Counted from the stretch's first letter, positions 41,131-53,696 are shown. The stretch: DNA of 64,000 nucleotides from Octopus sinensis (GCF_006345805.1 NC_042998.1:99634001-99698000); one strand, 5' to 3'. The notes: generated from the letters alone by a model not told the origin. A program made the numbers and translations.

Positions 41131-43147
41131 TTGAAAATGGCAACTAGAAACAACGTGGCTAGCCCGCCAGTCATGCAGAACGGTAGCGAAACACTTTTGC
41201 TACCACTAGCTGCTAAACCTCGCAGCTTGAACACCGCTGTCACCACCACCACCAACAACAGCAAAACTAACGTCGCAACACCATTCACCATCGCCACGAC
41301 CGAAGACATTAACTTATATTTCCCCCCACTCCCTACACCACTTGTCGATGATAAAAAGACGGAGAAAGGGATTTCAAAAATGAATACAGACGAAAACATG
41401 AATGCCAGCACCACCACCATCACCACCAACAACAACAACAACGAAATTGGCACAAAGCCGCCTACCAAAGACAACACCGCCAACTCCAGCACCACTACTA
41501 CGACTTCAAATGCTACATCTAAGCCTTCTGCTGCTAATACCGCCAACACCAACACCACTACCACGACTTCAACTGCCACAATTAACACTTCTACTGCCAA
41601 ATTCAAAACGAATTTTGCGGACGTAACAAAACAAAAAAGAACAATTGTAAAATTCACCACACAAGAAAATAACCGCACAAAAGCACTCTTTACCAAAGAA
41701 GGAGACAAATTGCACCTTCACATTCCACAACACATCGTGGAAAACACAAAAAAAAAAAAAATAATTTATAAAGTAATAAACAAGAAAACAAGAAGAACAG
41801 AAAATGCACCGCAGGAAAAAATCGAAAAATGCCTTCGTCCTGTATGGGACTCCAAGGAATATATCAGTTGGGGAAATAAATTTGGTACAGTCCAAGTACG
41901 TTTCCCAACGAAAGTTTACAAGTTTAGCAAAACGTTTTTCCACATTGGAGCTGCATTCGGACGACTTGGTAATGATACCAATCTATTTAAACAAGAGAGT
42001 CACAAAAATTCAAATAAAAAATATACCGCTTGATGTCGAAACACAATGGTTAGTCTCTGCCATCTGCTTTGAAATGACAGAGACAATGTCAGAGACAAAC
42101 ATCCTTGAAATCGCGGTTCTAGGAGAGAAAGACTATGTGGGCAAATCAATCGAATTCCTGCTTCAATTGGATGAAGCAACAAGAGAGAAGATACCCACCA
42201 CTATAGAACTGCCAGGAAGCTACAAACTCTATGTAGTGGTAGAGGGCAGGCGACCACGCTGCTATTTGTGTGGAAGCGAAACACACCTGAAAAAGACGTG
42301 CCCAACCACAGCACACCAAGAGCAACAACAACAACCACTACCACAACCAAAGCACTCCGGAAAAAAAGCTCTACTACCCACACCACCATCAACACAGAAG
42401 ACGACAAGAGAAGCACACCAAGCTAGTCCGTCATCAACCAAAAACCACTCAACACCTGAAAAATACCAACACCACCAACAACAGCAAGAACCAAAGGAAC
42501 AGAAAAACAAAGAAAACACACAAAAACTGATCCCCCATCCCTTATACCGCACTCAAAACACACACAAACACTCAACAACCAACAACAACGAAAACAACAA
42601 CACAACCACTTACACAGACATACATAGAAGCCTGCAAACATACCCCTACCCCCTACTGATTCCTCAGAATTTCGTCGGAAGATGAACCAGTGAGGAATGA
42701 GGAATAGCAAATAGCTACAAAAAGAAGGAAAATAAAGAGCAGAAACACAACCAAACCAAATGCAAACACGAACAAAGCAGGGGGAAATACATCTCCCGAA
42801 GACATTTCAAAACCCAACACATACAACAGCCACACCAACACACAAAAATATATACAGCAAACATGCTCACAGCTATAGACACCCAAAACACAAATTTGAT
42901 GGAATACATCCAATCAAAAACAAACATAACAGAAGATGACATAAAAACAAACAATCACCCATACACAACACCACCAGACCACATCAAAATAGTACACATC
43001 TCCAAAAGTCTGCACCACACACTCAAAGGCATTTTCCCCAGTGCGGTTGGTAAATGCCAAAAATATCTCACAAAGAAACTGTACTGGGATCTCCTCGAGG
43101 ACAAACCACGGAGGAGGAGAAAGCAAAAACGTTCGAGCAGTAAGTAA
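41131..43147 (+). pseudogene. Tx1 ORF1 (gag-like): T/N-rich N-terminus, RRM-like centre, CCHC zinc knuckle; split across frames
   Basis: ORF pieces 41131-42033, 41804-42685 and 42863-43147; CYLCGSETHLKKTC (C-X2-C-X4-H-X4-C) at 42260-42301. Confidence 0.85.
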
Positions 43148-43187
43148 CCCTCTGTTCCTTTCACTTGTATTCTAATTCATTAGGATT

Positions 43188-46100
43188 ATGATCAAGATTG
43201 GTTGTGTAAATGCGCGTGGCTTGGGGTCCCCTTGGAAACAAGGGTACCTCTTAAATGACATAAAGTCACATAAGTTAGAAATTATAGCCATAAGTGAGAC
43301 CAGACTCCACAATCCGCGGGCCCTAAAGACCATGTTTGGCGGACAGTTCAACATTTATTTTCCCCCTTGTCTGCCGAGAATGGGCGGTAGTGGCACCGCG
43401 GTACTTTTTCGCAAGAGTCTGGACCTCAAAGTAAGGACAATATTCATAGACCCGGAGGGTAGACTGGTCGTCCTGGATGTCGACGGCAGCAATGGGTGCG
43501 CTTTTCGACTCGTATCAGTCTACGCACCGCCCTTAACAGGTCGGGCGGATTTCTTTCAACGTCTAGAAGTATTCTTGGGAACGTCTCGTCCTTTACTCTT
43601 AGTGGGGGATTGGAATGCTACCTTGGACACGCATGTTGACTACGTGGGTAGAGATAGGAATAGACGGGGATGCAAATGCCTCAGAGACCTGCTCAGACGC
43701 TTTCAACTGTCTGACAGGTTCCGACTAGACCACCCGAATGCGCCAACGTGGACATGGAGCAACCGCATCGGGTCGTCGAGATCGTATCTAGATAGGATGG
43801 ATACTGTGTAGGACAGTAGACAGAGATAGCATAGGATGTCCACAATTCCACATAGTCAGCTACACGGATCACAAACTTGTGACATGTACGCTAGACTTAG
43901 GTAAGACACTTAGGCAGGGTCCCGGATACTGGAAACTAAACGCGTCTTTCCCATCGAGACAGGTTTTCAGAGACCGGATTAGCACACTAGTAAAGAGGGC
44001 TTTGACGGGAGCCATCATCAACAACAAATGGTGGTTTGCCCTCAAGAGAGCAGTAAAAGCAGAAGCGATTAGGTACAGCAAAGCACTAGCCATAGATAGA
44101 AATAGAGTTGAGGGTGAGCTAGTTAAGAAGCTATAAGAGGCAATTAGAAGCGGCATCGCATCCGACGTTTTGGCGGCGAGGTTGGCCCTCGACCAACACT
44201 TCAACTCCAAACACGAAGGATGTGCTGTCAAAGCTAGGATGCGTGCTCTAAGGAACGAAGGTGTTGGAGCCGCGAGAGAGGCCCGGGTGGCAGAGGCGCA
44301 ACAGGGCAACAAAGCCACCATTCGGTCCCTGGTAGATGAACAGGGGCGCGAATTGCTCGAGCCAAGTAAAATGTGTGAGGCCTTTCAGCAGCATTTTGCC
44401 CGACTGTTCGGGACGAGTGGAGGGCAAGAACGTAGGGTGGACTTCAGTGCCTACCTACATAGCCTACCACGACTCTCGACAAGAAAGGCAGGGTGCTGCG
44501 AAGGTGCTATCACGGCGGCGGAAGTGCAGGAGGCGATGGCAGAATGCTCGAGGGACAAATCACCGGGTTGGATGTCTACCCTACGAGCTTTACAATTGTA
44601 TGCCAGACTTGTTTGGAGATCTCTTGGCGGCGGTTGTACTGCAACTGGCAGCAAAACGGGAGCATTCCTGGTTTTGTGAGCCGAGGAGCCGTAACACTGC
44701 TGAAGAAAGAAAGACTAAACAAGGGAAATGTAATAGATAACTTTAGGCCCATCACTCTGCTTAATGCAGACTTGAAAATTTTGGCCAAGGTGCTAGCCAA
44801 GAGGTTGGCGCTTGTCATCGAGAAACTGGTCGACAGGGCGCAAACATGCGCCGTGCCGGGCCGGACCATCCATGACAACCTCCACCTGATGCGCTACATC
44901 ATAGACAGGGTAGTTAACGAACCTGGCATGGGCGGGGCGCTGATCAATTTGGATCAATCGAAAGCTTTCGATAGGGTAGACCATCGATACTTGGAGGCGG
45001 TCCTCAGAGCGGCAGGCTTCGGTCCCGTCTTCCGCGGCTGGTTTGCCGCTTTGTACAGAGGCATCCGTTCGGTAATTCGCGTGAATGGACATCTATCGAG
45101 ACCCTTCGACATCACACGTTCGGTCCGTCAGGGATGCCCCCTCTCGTCGCTTCTACACGTATTGACTCTCGAGCCATTATTGCGGAAGCTGGCAACTTTG
45201 AGGGGCATCCCGCGAGAACTGGGATGCGGGACGAGCGTGTCTGCATACGCGGACGACGTCACCGTCATAGTGTCTAGCACGAGCAATCGAGCAGGTCGGC
45301 GAGACACTGAAAAACTACGAAGCGGTGACAGGAGCGAAAATCAACCGGAAAAAGTCAGTGGGCTTGCGACTAGGCACCTGGAGAAGCAAGCCCATGCCGT
45401 CCACCAGCGCCTCCGTCGTGGGACGCTGGACCGACGGCCCGGTTGAGTTGCTCGGGGTCTGGTTTGGTCCGGACCTCCAAGTGGAGAAGAACTGGAACGA
45501 GATAACGAGTAGGGTGGTCACTCTCGTCCGGCAATGGGCCGAGAGGAAACTGTCCCTAAAAGGTCGGGCGGAGGTGGCGAACACGTACATCGCGTCCGTC
45601 ATCTACTACCGCCTGACCGTCGTACCTTGTCCCGACCCTACCATCACCACAAACTACAACGCATTCTCTTTCGCTTCTTGTGGAAAGGATGCGTCCCGAT
45701 GGTCAGGCGATCCATTTGCTGTCAACACCCGCTAAAAGGAGGGCTGGGCATGCCGTGGTTGATGATGCGCAGACACGCGCTGAGACTGCGACATCTCTGG
45801 CTCTATAGACGACGGTGAACAGGTGTGGTCGCCGTTGTGAGGCACGCTTTCCCGCAGCTCGTCTCCATGACCGAACTGCAGTCGTGGATCAAAAAGAGGC
45901 CGAGGAAGGGCGATTGGCACCGCGAGTGTCGCGTTGCTCTCAAGCAACTCTGCCGTCCCGGGTCGACCTTGAGTGACTTCAACACAACCAAAGCATTCTA
46001 TAGGGGATTAGTAGAGGGGAGGTACGACGACGAGCTCGGGGCGAACCTGGACGTCGACGAGGAGTACCTGACCCGCCTGTTCAGGACGACTTTCGGGCCA

Positions 46101-46627
46101 GGGCCCATGGACAACTTCCAGAGATCCCTGGCCTGGCAGTGCTACCGAGAAGCGCTACCCGTTCGGGATAAGCTCTACAGACACGGCTCGAGAAACACGG
46201 GGCCGATCTGCCCGAGATGCGGTCAGAGCGACGAAACCGTTCTGCACGCACTCGTGCAGTGTCCAACAATTTCCGACCTGTGGGCTTATGTCGAACAAAT
46301 GCTGTCACGTGTGGGACGAGTCGGTTTATCAGCTGAGTCTATCGTCAATATTGTCACGCCTCCTTCCTTCAAACGGGAAGGAAGAGCTATTTTCATCATC
46401 CTGTGGGCTATGGCGAAAGAATGTATCTGGTGGAAGCGTCTGAAAGGATTGGAGACAAACACTTTCCTCTCTGGTCAATCTTCATCAACTTCTTCAAGTA
46501 CCACTTGAAAAGGAAAGTGAGAGTAGAGAGGCAAGTTTTGTCTAGCGAATGTTTTAAAAAAAGATGGGTGAATGTAGCAAGGATGGCACGTATGAATGAC
46601 GAAGCCACCTTGAGCATAATCCTATGA
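43188..46627 (+). pseudogene. Tx1 ORF2: APE endonuclease, reverse transcriptase, C-terminal zinc finger; frameshifts and a stop
   Basis: GCVNARGL, ISET, VGDWNA, SYLDR, YTDHK (APE); RPITLLNADLKI, LDQSKAFDRVDH, SVRQGCPLS, YADD at 45246-45257 (RT); CPRCGQSDETVLHALVQC; in-frame TAA at 44134-44136. Confidence 0.93.
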
Positions 46628-47080
46628 ACCCAGAAATTGAAATCAGAGGGTTACCCACTTGCAAACAAATGTGGTAACATATAACAATATTGACCAAGGT
46701 TACCGTGGTCTTTTTCGTAGGCTTTTCTTCCCACGGATAAACTTTCCCCTTTACACCATATATCATAACACTGTGATACACGATCCCTATTGATCGTTTT
46801 TTTTTCCTCTTCCCCCTTTTTCCCCTTTTTTCTTCTTTTTTCATTTCTCCTTCCTTTTGTTCCTTTTCCTTTTCTTTTTTTTCTTTTTATTCTTTTTATT
46901 TTATTCAATTTTTTTTTTGTTTTTGTTCTTTTCTTCCCTTTTACGATCCCTCTTGATCGAAAACCTAGCCACCCCCTTTTTTTTTCTTTTGTTTTTTGTT
47001 CTCTTCATCCCCCAAAAGAAAAGCTCTACCTTGTAACTTGTCCCATCTGTGTGCAGCCCTGTGTGGCCAATAAAGAAACT

Positions 47081-47114
47081 TATCTATCTAGCTAGCTAGC
47101 TATCTATCTGTCTG

Positions 47115-47206
<92 letters not shown>

Positions 47207-47213
47207 GCTATCT
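47081..47213. repeat. (TATC)n array at the Tx1 3' end
   Basis: Direct reading. Confidence 0.97.
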
Positions 47214-47224
47214 CTCTTAGATCT

Positions 47225-47810
47225 TCCAGTGGTGTCAACACAACGGACAACGAGCCTTCTCCAGACATCCCGATTGTATGCCTTCCTTCTGGCTCCATCC
47301 ACTTGGGCCAACTCCCAACGCTATCAAGACGTCCCGGAACGTACAGTATCATGTTTCCCTTGGTCTTCTGCTCGGTCTCTACTTCCTCCTCCCGGCGTCC
47401 ACTCCATTACGATGATAACATGTATCTCCTGCAGTAATCGAAGTACATTGCTAGTAAACCCTATCCGCCACTCGGTCTCCAACTCCTGCAAACTGCCTTA
47501 CTCGTCACCTCTTTGTTTCTCACACAGTCCTGGTAAGAGATGCTCAGGATTTAAAGTAGGCAGCATCGAGAGAACACGTCCCGCAATTGTGAGATCTTCA
47601 CTGTCTTCTACCAGGCGTAGATGGCTGTTGGCATAACAATAGTTGAGTATAGCTGCAACTTTATCTTACTGATGGTTTTCGATCTCCATATTGGAAGAAG
47701 GCGTTGGAATACTGACGTTGCTTTACCTATCTTGGTCTTGACTCCAACTTCTGCAACAGTCTCATTGTAAATACAGTCTATACTTCCTCTAAAATCTTAC
47801 ATAAGACTTC
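47225..47810 (-). mobile_element. RTE-clade LINE 3' fragment
   Basis: Minus-strand frames give IGKATSVFQRLLPIWRSKTISKIKLQLYSTIVMPTAIYA, typical of the RTE post-RT region. Confidence 0.75.
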
Positions 47811-47837
47811 CTTATTCAATTTTATTAAACATTAGTA

Positions 47838-48170
47838 AAGGTGGAGAGTGAGCAGAATTGCTAGTGCGCAGCGTAAAATGCTTAGCAACATTTTTTGTGG
47901 CTTCATGTTCTGAGTTCAAATTCCTTTGAGGTCGACTTTGCTTTTCATCCTTTCTGGATCGATAAAATACGCACCAGTTGTGCACTGGGTTCGATGTATC
48001 GACTACCACTCTCCCCTAAAAATTTCAGGCCTTGCGCCTCTAGGGGAAAGAGTTATTAAATAATGTTTTCTAATTTAGGTACAAAGACAGGACTTTTGTG
48101 GATTGGTGATTAGTCAATCCCATCGACCCCAATATTTGACCGATATCTTATTTCATCGACCCCGAAACGC
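47838..48170. mobile_element. SINE-A pair, tail-to-tail: 47838-48055 (+) and ~48065-48170 (-)
   Basis: gaggtcgactttgcttttcatcctttctggatcgataaaa, then reverse-oriented tatttcatcgaccccgaaa. Confidence 0.75.
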
Positions 48171-48295
48171 TGAAAAGCATTATTAAAATCCTATATCCAC
48201 GTATCATCACAATTATTCTGCTGATCTCTCGATTTCTACACAACCACAAACACATATACGCACATTAACCAATACATACATGCATAGACATGCAA

Positions 48296-48340
<45 letters not shown>

Positions 48341-48656
48341 TACAAACACACACACACGCGCACACACGCGCACACACGCGCACACACGCGCGTGCACTCA
48401 CGCACAATGTTTACTTCATCTCGTCAGTTGATAAATGTCTTATGGACGAGACATATATACATCACAGAAATATAGTGACATACACTAGGCTGACAGTAAT
48501 GTCACTCTCTATGTACCGACAGCGTCAATCAATACTAAGGTAACCGAAAGCTATTTCAACAGGAGGTCCTATATCAGAATCTTCCCTTAGCTTTCTCACT
48601 TAATGAATACTTATTAGTGATATGAAACACAAACACACATAGATAGATATGTATGA

Positions 48657-48712
<56 letters not shown>

Positions 48713-48716
<4 letters not shown>

Positions 48717-49036
48717 AGGTGAGTGGCTTAGTTATTAGGTTGTTAGGCTCACAATCGCAAAGTCGTGAGTTCAATTTCCAGCAACGCGATGTGTCTTTGA
48801 GCAAGACACTTTATTTCACGTTGCTCCGGTCTACTCTGCTGGAAAAAAAATGAGTAGTACCAGTTTCAAAGGGCCAGCCTTGTCATACTCTGTGTCACAC
48901 TGAATCTCTCTGAGAACTACGTTAAGGGTGCACGTATCTGTGGAGTGCTTAGCCACTTGCACGTAAATTTCACGAACAGACTGTTCCGTTGATCGAATCA
49001 ACAAGGACCCTCATTGTCGTAACCGACGGAGTGCTA
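48713..49036 (+). mobile_element. SINE-B copy, long-tail subfamily
   Basis: gagtggcttagttattagg head; tgtgtctttgagcaagacactttatttcacg centre; ttcaaagggccagccttgtc...gtaaccgacggagtgc tail shared with the 59010 and 59474 copies. Confidence 0.85.
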
Positions 49037-49074
49037 CTAATAGTATATATGAGACGCTGGGTACGAAAACTGCA

Positions 49075-49262
49075 TTGGAAGATATGCAAAAAGCAATTCG
49101 TCGGTTATCTAGTGGTAAAAGCTATTGGCTCAGACCCCATCTCAGCTGAATTTTACAAAAAAGGCAGTATAGTTTTGGCAAAGAAATCTCATCAGCTATT
49201 TCATCTCATATTGCAGTATGAGACAATTCCGCCGAGATTTTTCCTTGTAAACTGTTTTAACA
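49075..49262 (+). mobile_element. RTE-type LINE fragment (pre-RT region)
   Basis: QKAIRRLSSGKA followed, after a frameshift, by IGSDPISAEFYKKGSIVLAKKSHQLFHLILQYETIP. Confidence 0.7.
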
Positions 49263-49348
49263 TTTGTCTTATTATTATCAAAGAATGTATATATGTATTG
49301 TAATAATTTGTGACAACCAGTGCGTGTGTTTGTGTGTGTGTAATATAC

Positions 49349-49379
<31 letters not shown>

Positions 49380-50261
49380 ATATTTTGTCAGCCAAGACTA
49401 AAAAGCAATCATCTGTCACAGTCAGTTTCGAATTTATTATCCTTTTCTATTTAAATGTACACGTGTGCGAATTATTGTCATAATGAGAAACTATATTTGT
49501 ATCAATAGTGTATTCAAATTCAAAATTCAATAATTTGTAGTAATAGTTGAGTCTGCTTACGAAATCAGCTGATAGGTGAAAGCGAAAGGTTAAAGTGAAT
49601 GAGGTCGCGAACATTACATCTCTCTGACAATTCTACGTATCTACAAAGTATTATGCTCCTGGCTATCTCTCTGTGTGTAGGCAGGAAAATGCTGTCTCAT
49701 CAAAAAAAAAAAAAAAATTAAAAAAATAAGGAAGGAAATGTTCAGACGAAGATTTCCACTAAATAGGAAAGGAATTTAGAAGTTTATATTCTATTAAAAA
49801 CAACCAGTATAAATTAGTCTTGTCTTTATTTTTCAACTTAATAAAATTAGTAATTAAAAGTTGTTTGCTAATAGAAAAATTATCTCTTCTTTGCAAAAAG
49901 CAAATGAATCACCGTGCAGCCATCGTTCTGACAAAAAGAGCTTCAGCCTCAATGTGGATCAGGTTTTCATATGCGAAATATTGTCTGCCAGATTGGTTGC
50001 AAGCTACTGTGTCATAGGTTAAAATGGTACTACACCGCATAGCACGTATTTCTTCCCATTGCTCATACAAAATTTAGCTGACTTGAAGACAAACATTACA
50101 TCTGAAAAGAAAGGAAATATTTTAATTTGAATTTCCTGATTGATTGCCTAACCTTTCGTAGTCTGCGTAATTTTATTTCCTTCAACCTTTAACCCCTACG
50201 TTCACTATATAATCCGATTTCAGTAACAGTTTTAAATCGAACACACTATTTGTATATGGTA

Positions 50262-51169
50262 CAGGGTGGGACAGAGAGGATGGACGTTTATGAAAAATTA
50301 ACAAAATCATTAATTTTAACTGAAAACAAATTTTATTGACATCAATGTGTTCGTATTGAATTAGCATTTGTCAAAATCAAGTGTGGAAAATAACATCCAT
50401 CATGTGGTGTCCGTTTCCACTGATGCATTTCTGAAGACGTTCTTGGAAGTTGACCTTCCTACAGCATACCAGACTGTCACTTTAGGCTGTGCAGTGGTCT
50501 TTTATGCAGTTTTCTTGGATTTTCAAGAGCCCAATAACGACAGTTCTATTGATTCACCTGCCATTGAGATGAAAATGAGCTTCATCACTCATTAACAAAA
50601 TGAGGTTGTCATTTGCCTCAAAAATTGCTTCCATCTGACATGCGAAGTTAAGCCGCTGTGCATAGTCCCATGGTTTCAACTGTTGCCGAATGAACAATTT
50701 ATACAAGTGGAATTGTAGGTATTCAGACAAAATACGCCTTACCGATCGATTACCAATGCCAAGTTCAGTGGAATGCCTCCGAGCAGGGCGATTCGGATTC
50801 CATATCAAAGCTCGTCTGACGCGTTCCACATTCTCCAGGGTCCGTACCGTTCCTGGCACCCCGACCAGGCTCCTATTCATTAGAGTACCTCGTGTACGAA
50901 GTGCATTCACCCAACGTAAGATTGCGTTACGAGTGGGAACAGCCTGATTTCAGTGAATGTTGAAGTGGCGCCGAAACTCACGCTGAACCGCTGTGACAGA
51001 CTCGTTATTTAACGTAACTGTCATAGACAAATACGCGATGCTCTATTGTCCACAGCGCCATGGCTTCACCTGAAAAGCAAAAAAAATAAAAAATGCTAAG
51101 ACATCACGGACCAAATGGTACCTGTCGGACATATGTCCCTCTCCCTGGGGCTGAGTAATAGCCACCCTG
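50262..51169 (-). mobile_element. Internally deleted Tc1/mariner (rosa/DD41D-like) element with TIRs and TA TSD
   Basis: ta|cagggtgg ... ccaccctg|ta; ORF 50554-50910 has TVRTLENVERVR...SVRRIL...LMSDEAHFHLNG; the catalytic core is deleted before C-terminal NFQERLQKCISGNGHHM. Subfamily label is inference. Confidence 0.85.
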
Positions 51170-51175
51170 TATAGA

Positions 51176-51227
<52 letters not shown>

Positions 51228-51275
51228 ATATAACTATTTGTATATAGTTTTCTGTTTAAACTATAATTACAACGG

Positions 51276-51312
51276 CTGCACTGAAGAGGGTAAATTAAAA
51301 ACGCGCTTGCAG
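51276..51312 (+). ncRNA. Decayed minimal hammerhead-like motif
   Basis: ctgca-CTGAAGA-ggg...aaacgcgc-t-tgcag: stem I (ctgca/tgcag) and CUGANGA present; G12, stem II 3' side and the cleavage triplet are damaged. Confidence 0.3.
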
Positions 51313-51988
51313 AAAGTGAAGTAAATTCTTTAAAAACATACAGTGTAGATTAATTTTGTATATATTTTTCCATTTACACAATGAAAATATTATTAAAAAG
51401 GAAGATGTTGACTTTTTGAAATATTATCCTCTTCGCAAAAGAGTGAATGAATCATATTATGCATACATACACACACACACACACATACATACATACATAC
51501 ATACATACATACATACATACATACATACATGTATAAATGCATGCCTACATACATGCATGCATATATACAGAGAGAGAAACCCACTTTAATACACATATTG
51601 CATATGCTTATAATTATATAGCAACCAACACACATGCACATAAATACATAGACATATATATATATATGTATGTGTTTGTGTGTGTGTGTGTGGTGTGTGT
51701 GTGTGTGTGTGTGTGTGTGCACGTGCACACATGCCTATACAAACACATAACACATATATTTATAGATACGCAAATAAACTTATAAACTTACACATTCATC
51801 ATATGTACATGTGTAATCTTTAGTATCTGTGCCTGTGTGTATGTGTGTGTATGCGTTTGGTTAGTGAGGCTCACAGGCAAATAACTATAAATAAATTGGT
51901 AAACAAACTGATGTAACTAGATAAACACACACACACAGCGATGGTACGCAGGCACGCACGCACATAAACACAGAAATACAGATATTGC

Positions 51989-52088
51989 GCGAGTGTGCGT
52001 GCGTGTGCGCGAGTGTGCGTGCGTGTGCGCGAGTGTGCGTGCGTGTGCGCGAGTGTGCGTGCGTGTGCGCGAGTGTGCGTGCGTGTGC
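51989..52088. repeat. 20-bp minisatellite gcgagtgtgcgtgcgtgtgc, five units
   Basis: Direct reading. Confidence 0.92.
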
Positions 52089-53014
52089 GCGTGCGTGTAT
52101 TTGTATCAAAGAATGATAGAAAAGCTAATGAAAGAATTATTATGAGGAAGAATAAAGCACCCCAAAAACGGATAGAGAGAGAGAGACGAAAAAGCGAGAG
52201 GAAGTGAATCAGAAGAGATGAAAAAGAAAGCAAATATGCAAAAGGTAAAAAAAAAAAAATTTTTCAAAGAAGAGAGAGAACGCAAAGAAGCTGAAAGAAG
52301 AAAGACGGGAGGAGGAGGAGGAGACTAAGATAGCAGATGAAGGCAGTGGGTGAGAAAGAAGGTTTGGGCCAGATGGTAAAGATGACTTTGCAGCAAGATT
52401 TCGGATATATTCCTTGAACTCCGCCCAAGTTTTACGTTTATCGTTAAATATATTTTTTTGAAAATGGGTTTACTGTTAAAAGTAGCGAATATTAAAGAGC
52501 AAATAAAAAAAAATTTAACGCAAAATGAATGAATGAATAAATAAATAGAGTGCAATGTGTAAGCTATCCACATTTGTTTCTATTGTACTCAGCCTCCTCT
52601 TCGTAACGACTTCGATTTATCATGTCATACTGTAAAAATAAATAAATAAAGAAAGAAAGAATAAAAACGAAAGCAGCTATAAATAAAGAAAAAGGCATAA
52701 ATATGGCCGTAAGTATATGGACCTTCGAAATAGCAAAACAATCCCATGCTTTTAGATTCCATCCAAGCGCGCGGCAACTTGGATGTCTTCTACTGTAGTT
52801 TCAACATAAAGCCTCCCTTGACCTCAAGTGGCCTGAACTCTTTACATGAACACCACCCTGTACTTAACTCCATGTCCTCCTACATGGCCTTGCTATTTGC
52901 TTTTGAGCCAAATTAACTAACTAACTACTAACATAAAATTAACTTACATTATTGTACCACACAACCCACACACACCCACACACCCACACATATATATATA
53001 TATATCTATATATA

Positions 53015-53059
<45 letters not shown>

Positions 53060-53392
53060 TATATACAGTTACAAAAGTCGGGATGCGTGGAATTCATTTA
53101 TTCAATAAATGAAAAATGCGTTAAATACTAAAACACGTACACGTAGGACAGACACAGAAGGACCCTAATTCTTCATCAGTTATCGACCGAAATACTAATA
53201 CACAGTTTCATGCTTTTAACGACAAGACAGAACTTCGCAAATCGTCGGCACCCGCAAAATTTGCGGAGAATTGGGGCTCAAGCAAACAAAACAATACAGA
53301 GTGGACTTACGAAAGCGAAGAAATGTAATTTGAGACGATTGACGAAGACGGAATAAATACGGCATTTCGGCAAAAACACGAGTATGATGGGT

Positions 53393-53502
53393 AAGGGCAC
53401 ATGGCTCAGTAGTTAGAGCTTCGGGTTCACAATCATGAGGTAGTGAGTTCGATTCCCGGACTGTGCTGTGTGTTGTCTTCTTGAGTAAGACACTATTTCA
53501 CG
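53393..53502 (+). mobile_element. SINE-B 5' fragment
   Basis: ggcacatggctcagtagttagagc...gagttcgattcccgg...ttcttgagtaagacactatttcacg. Confidence 0.8.
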
Positions 53503-53520
53503 AGTATATATATATATATA

Positions 53521-53566
<46 letters not shown>

Positions 53567-53660
53567 TATATAACATATTACTCAAATTTACAGAAAGCAA
53601 AAAACGAAGGCAGCTGGGGGAACAACAAAGCAGGTGTATTATCTAGAAGAATGGAAAAGA

Positions 53661-53696
53661 CTTTTACGTTTCGAGCCTACGCTCTTCGACAGAAAG
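53661..53696 (-). ncRNA. Minimal type I hammerhead-like motif with A6-to-U change
   Basis: Minus strand cttt-CTGTCGA-a-GAGC(gtag)GCTC-GAA-ACGT-A-aaag: 4-bp stem I, 4-bp stem II, palindromic ACGT stem III, GUA site. Confidence 0.55.

Larger units (their letters stand above)
40917..47080 (+). mobile_element. Near full-length Tx1-type (L1 clade) non-LTR retrotransposon, ~6.2 kb, multiply frameshifted
   Basis: ~210-nt 5'UTR; ORF1 from 41131; ORF2 from 43188; T-rich 3'UTR with AATAAA at 47069-47074; (TATC)n on both sides. Confidence 0.93.

Noticed and set aside
41115-46617. Numerous minus-strand ORFs over the Tx1 element
   Set aside because: Antisense shadows of the GC-richer LINE ORFs; likewise the plus-strand ORFs over the Dong copies.
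49990-50105. Strong minus-strand acceptor tttcctttcttttcag with a phase-1 open frame (NVMFVFKSAKFCMSNGKKY)
   Set aside because: Phase-compatible with the 56390 donor but only weak donors before a stop; cannot be separated from background without RNA data.
52560-52670. Long polypyrimidine acceptor and YDMINRSRYEEEAEY frame
   Set aside because: The tract is an (AAAT)/(AAAG) microsatellite and the phase does not fit the candidate first exon.
52759-52784. 8-bp hairpin catccaag/cttggatg as a Helitron 3' end
   Set aside because: No CTRR terminus at the expected distance and no 5' TC partner identified.
53160-53215. ctgatgaag on the minus strand as a hammerhead
   Set aside because: GAAA does not follow on the same strand; element order is wrong.
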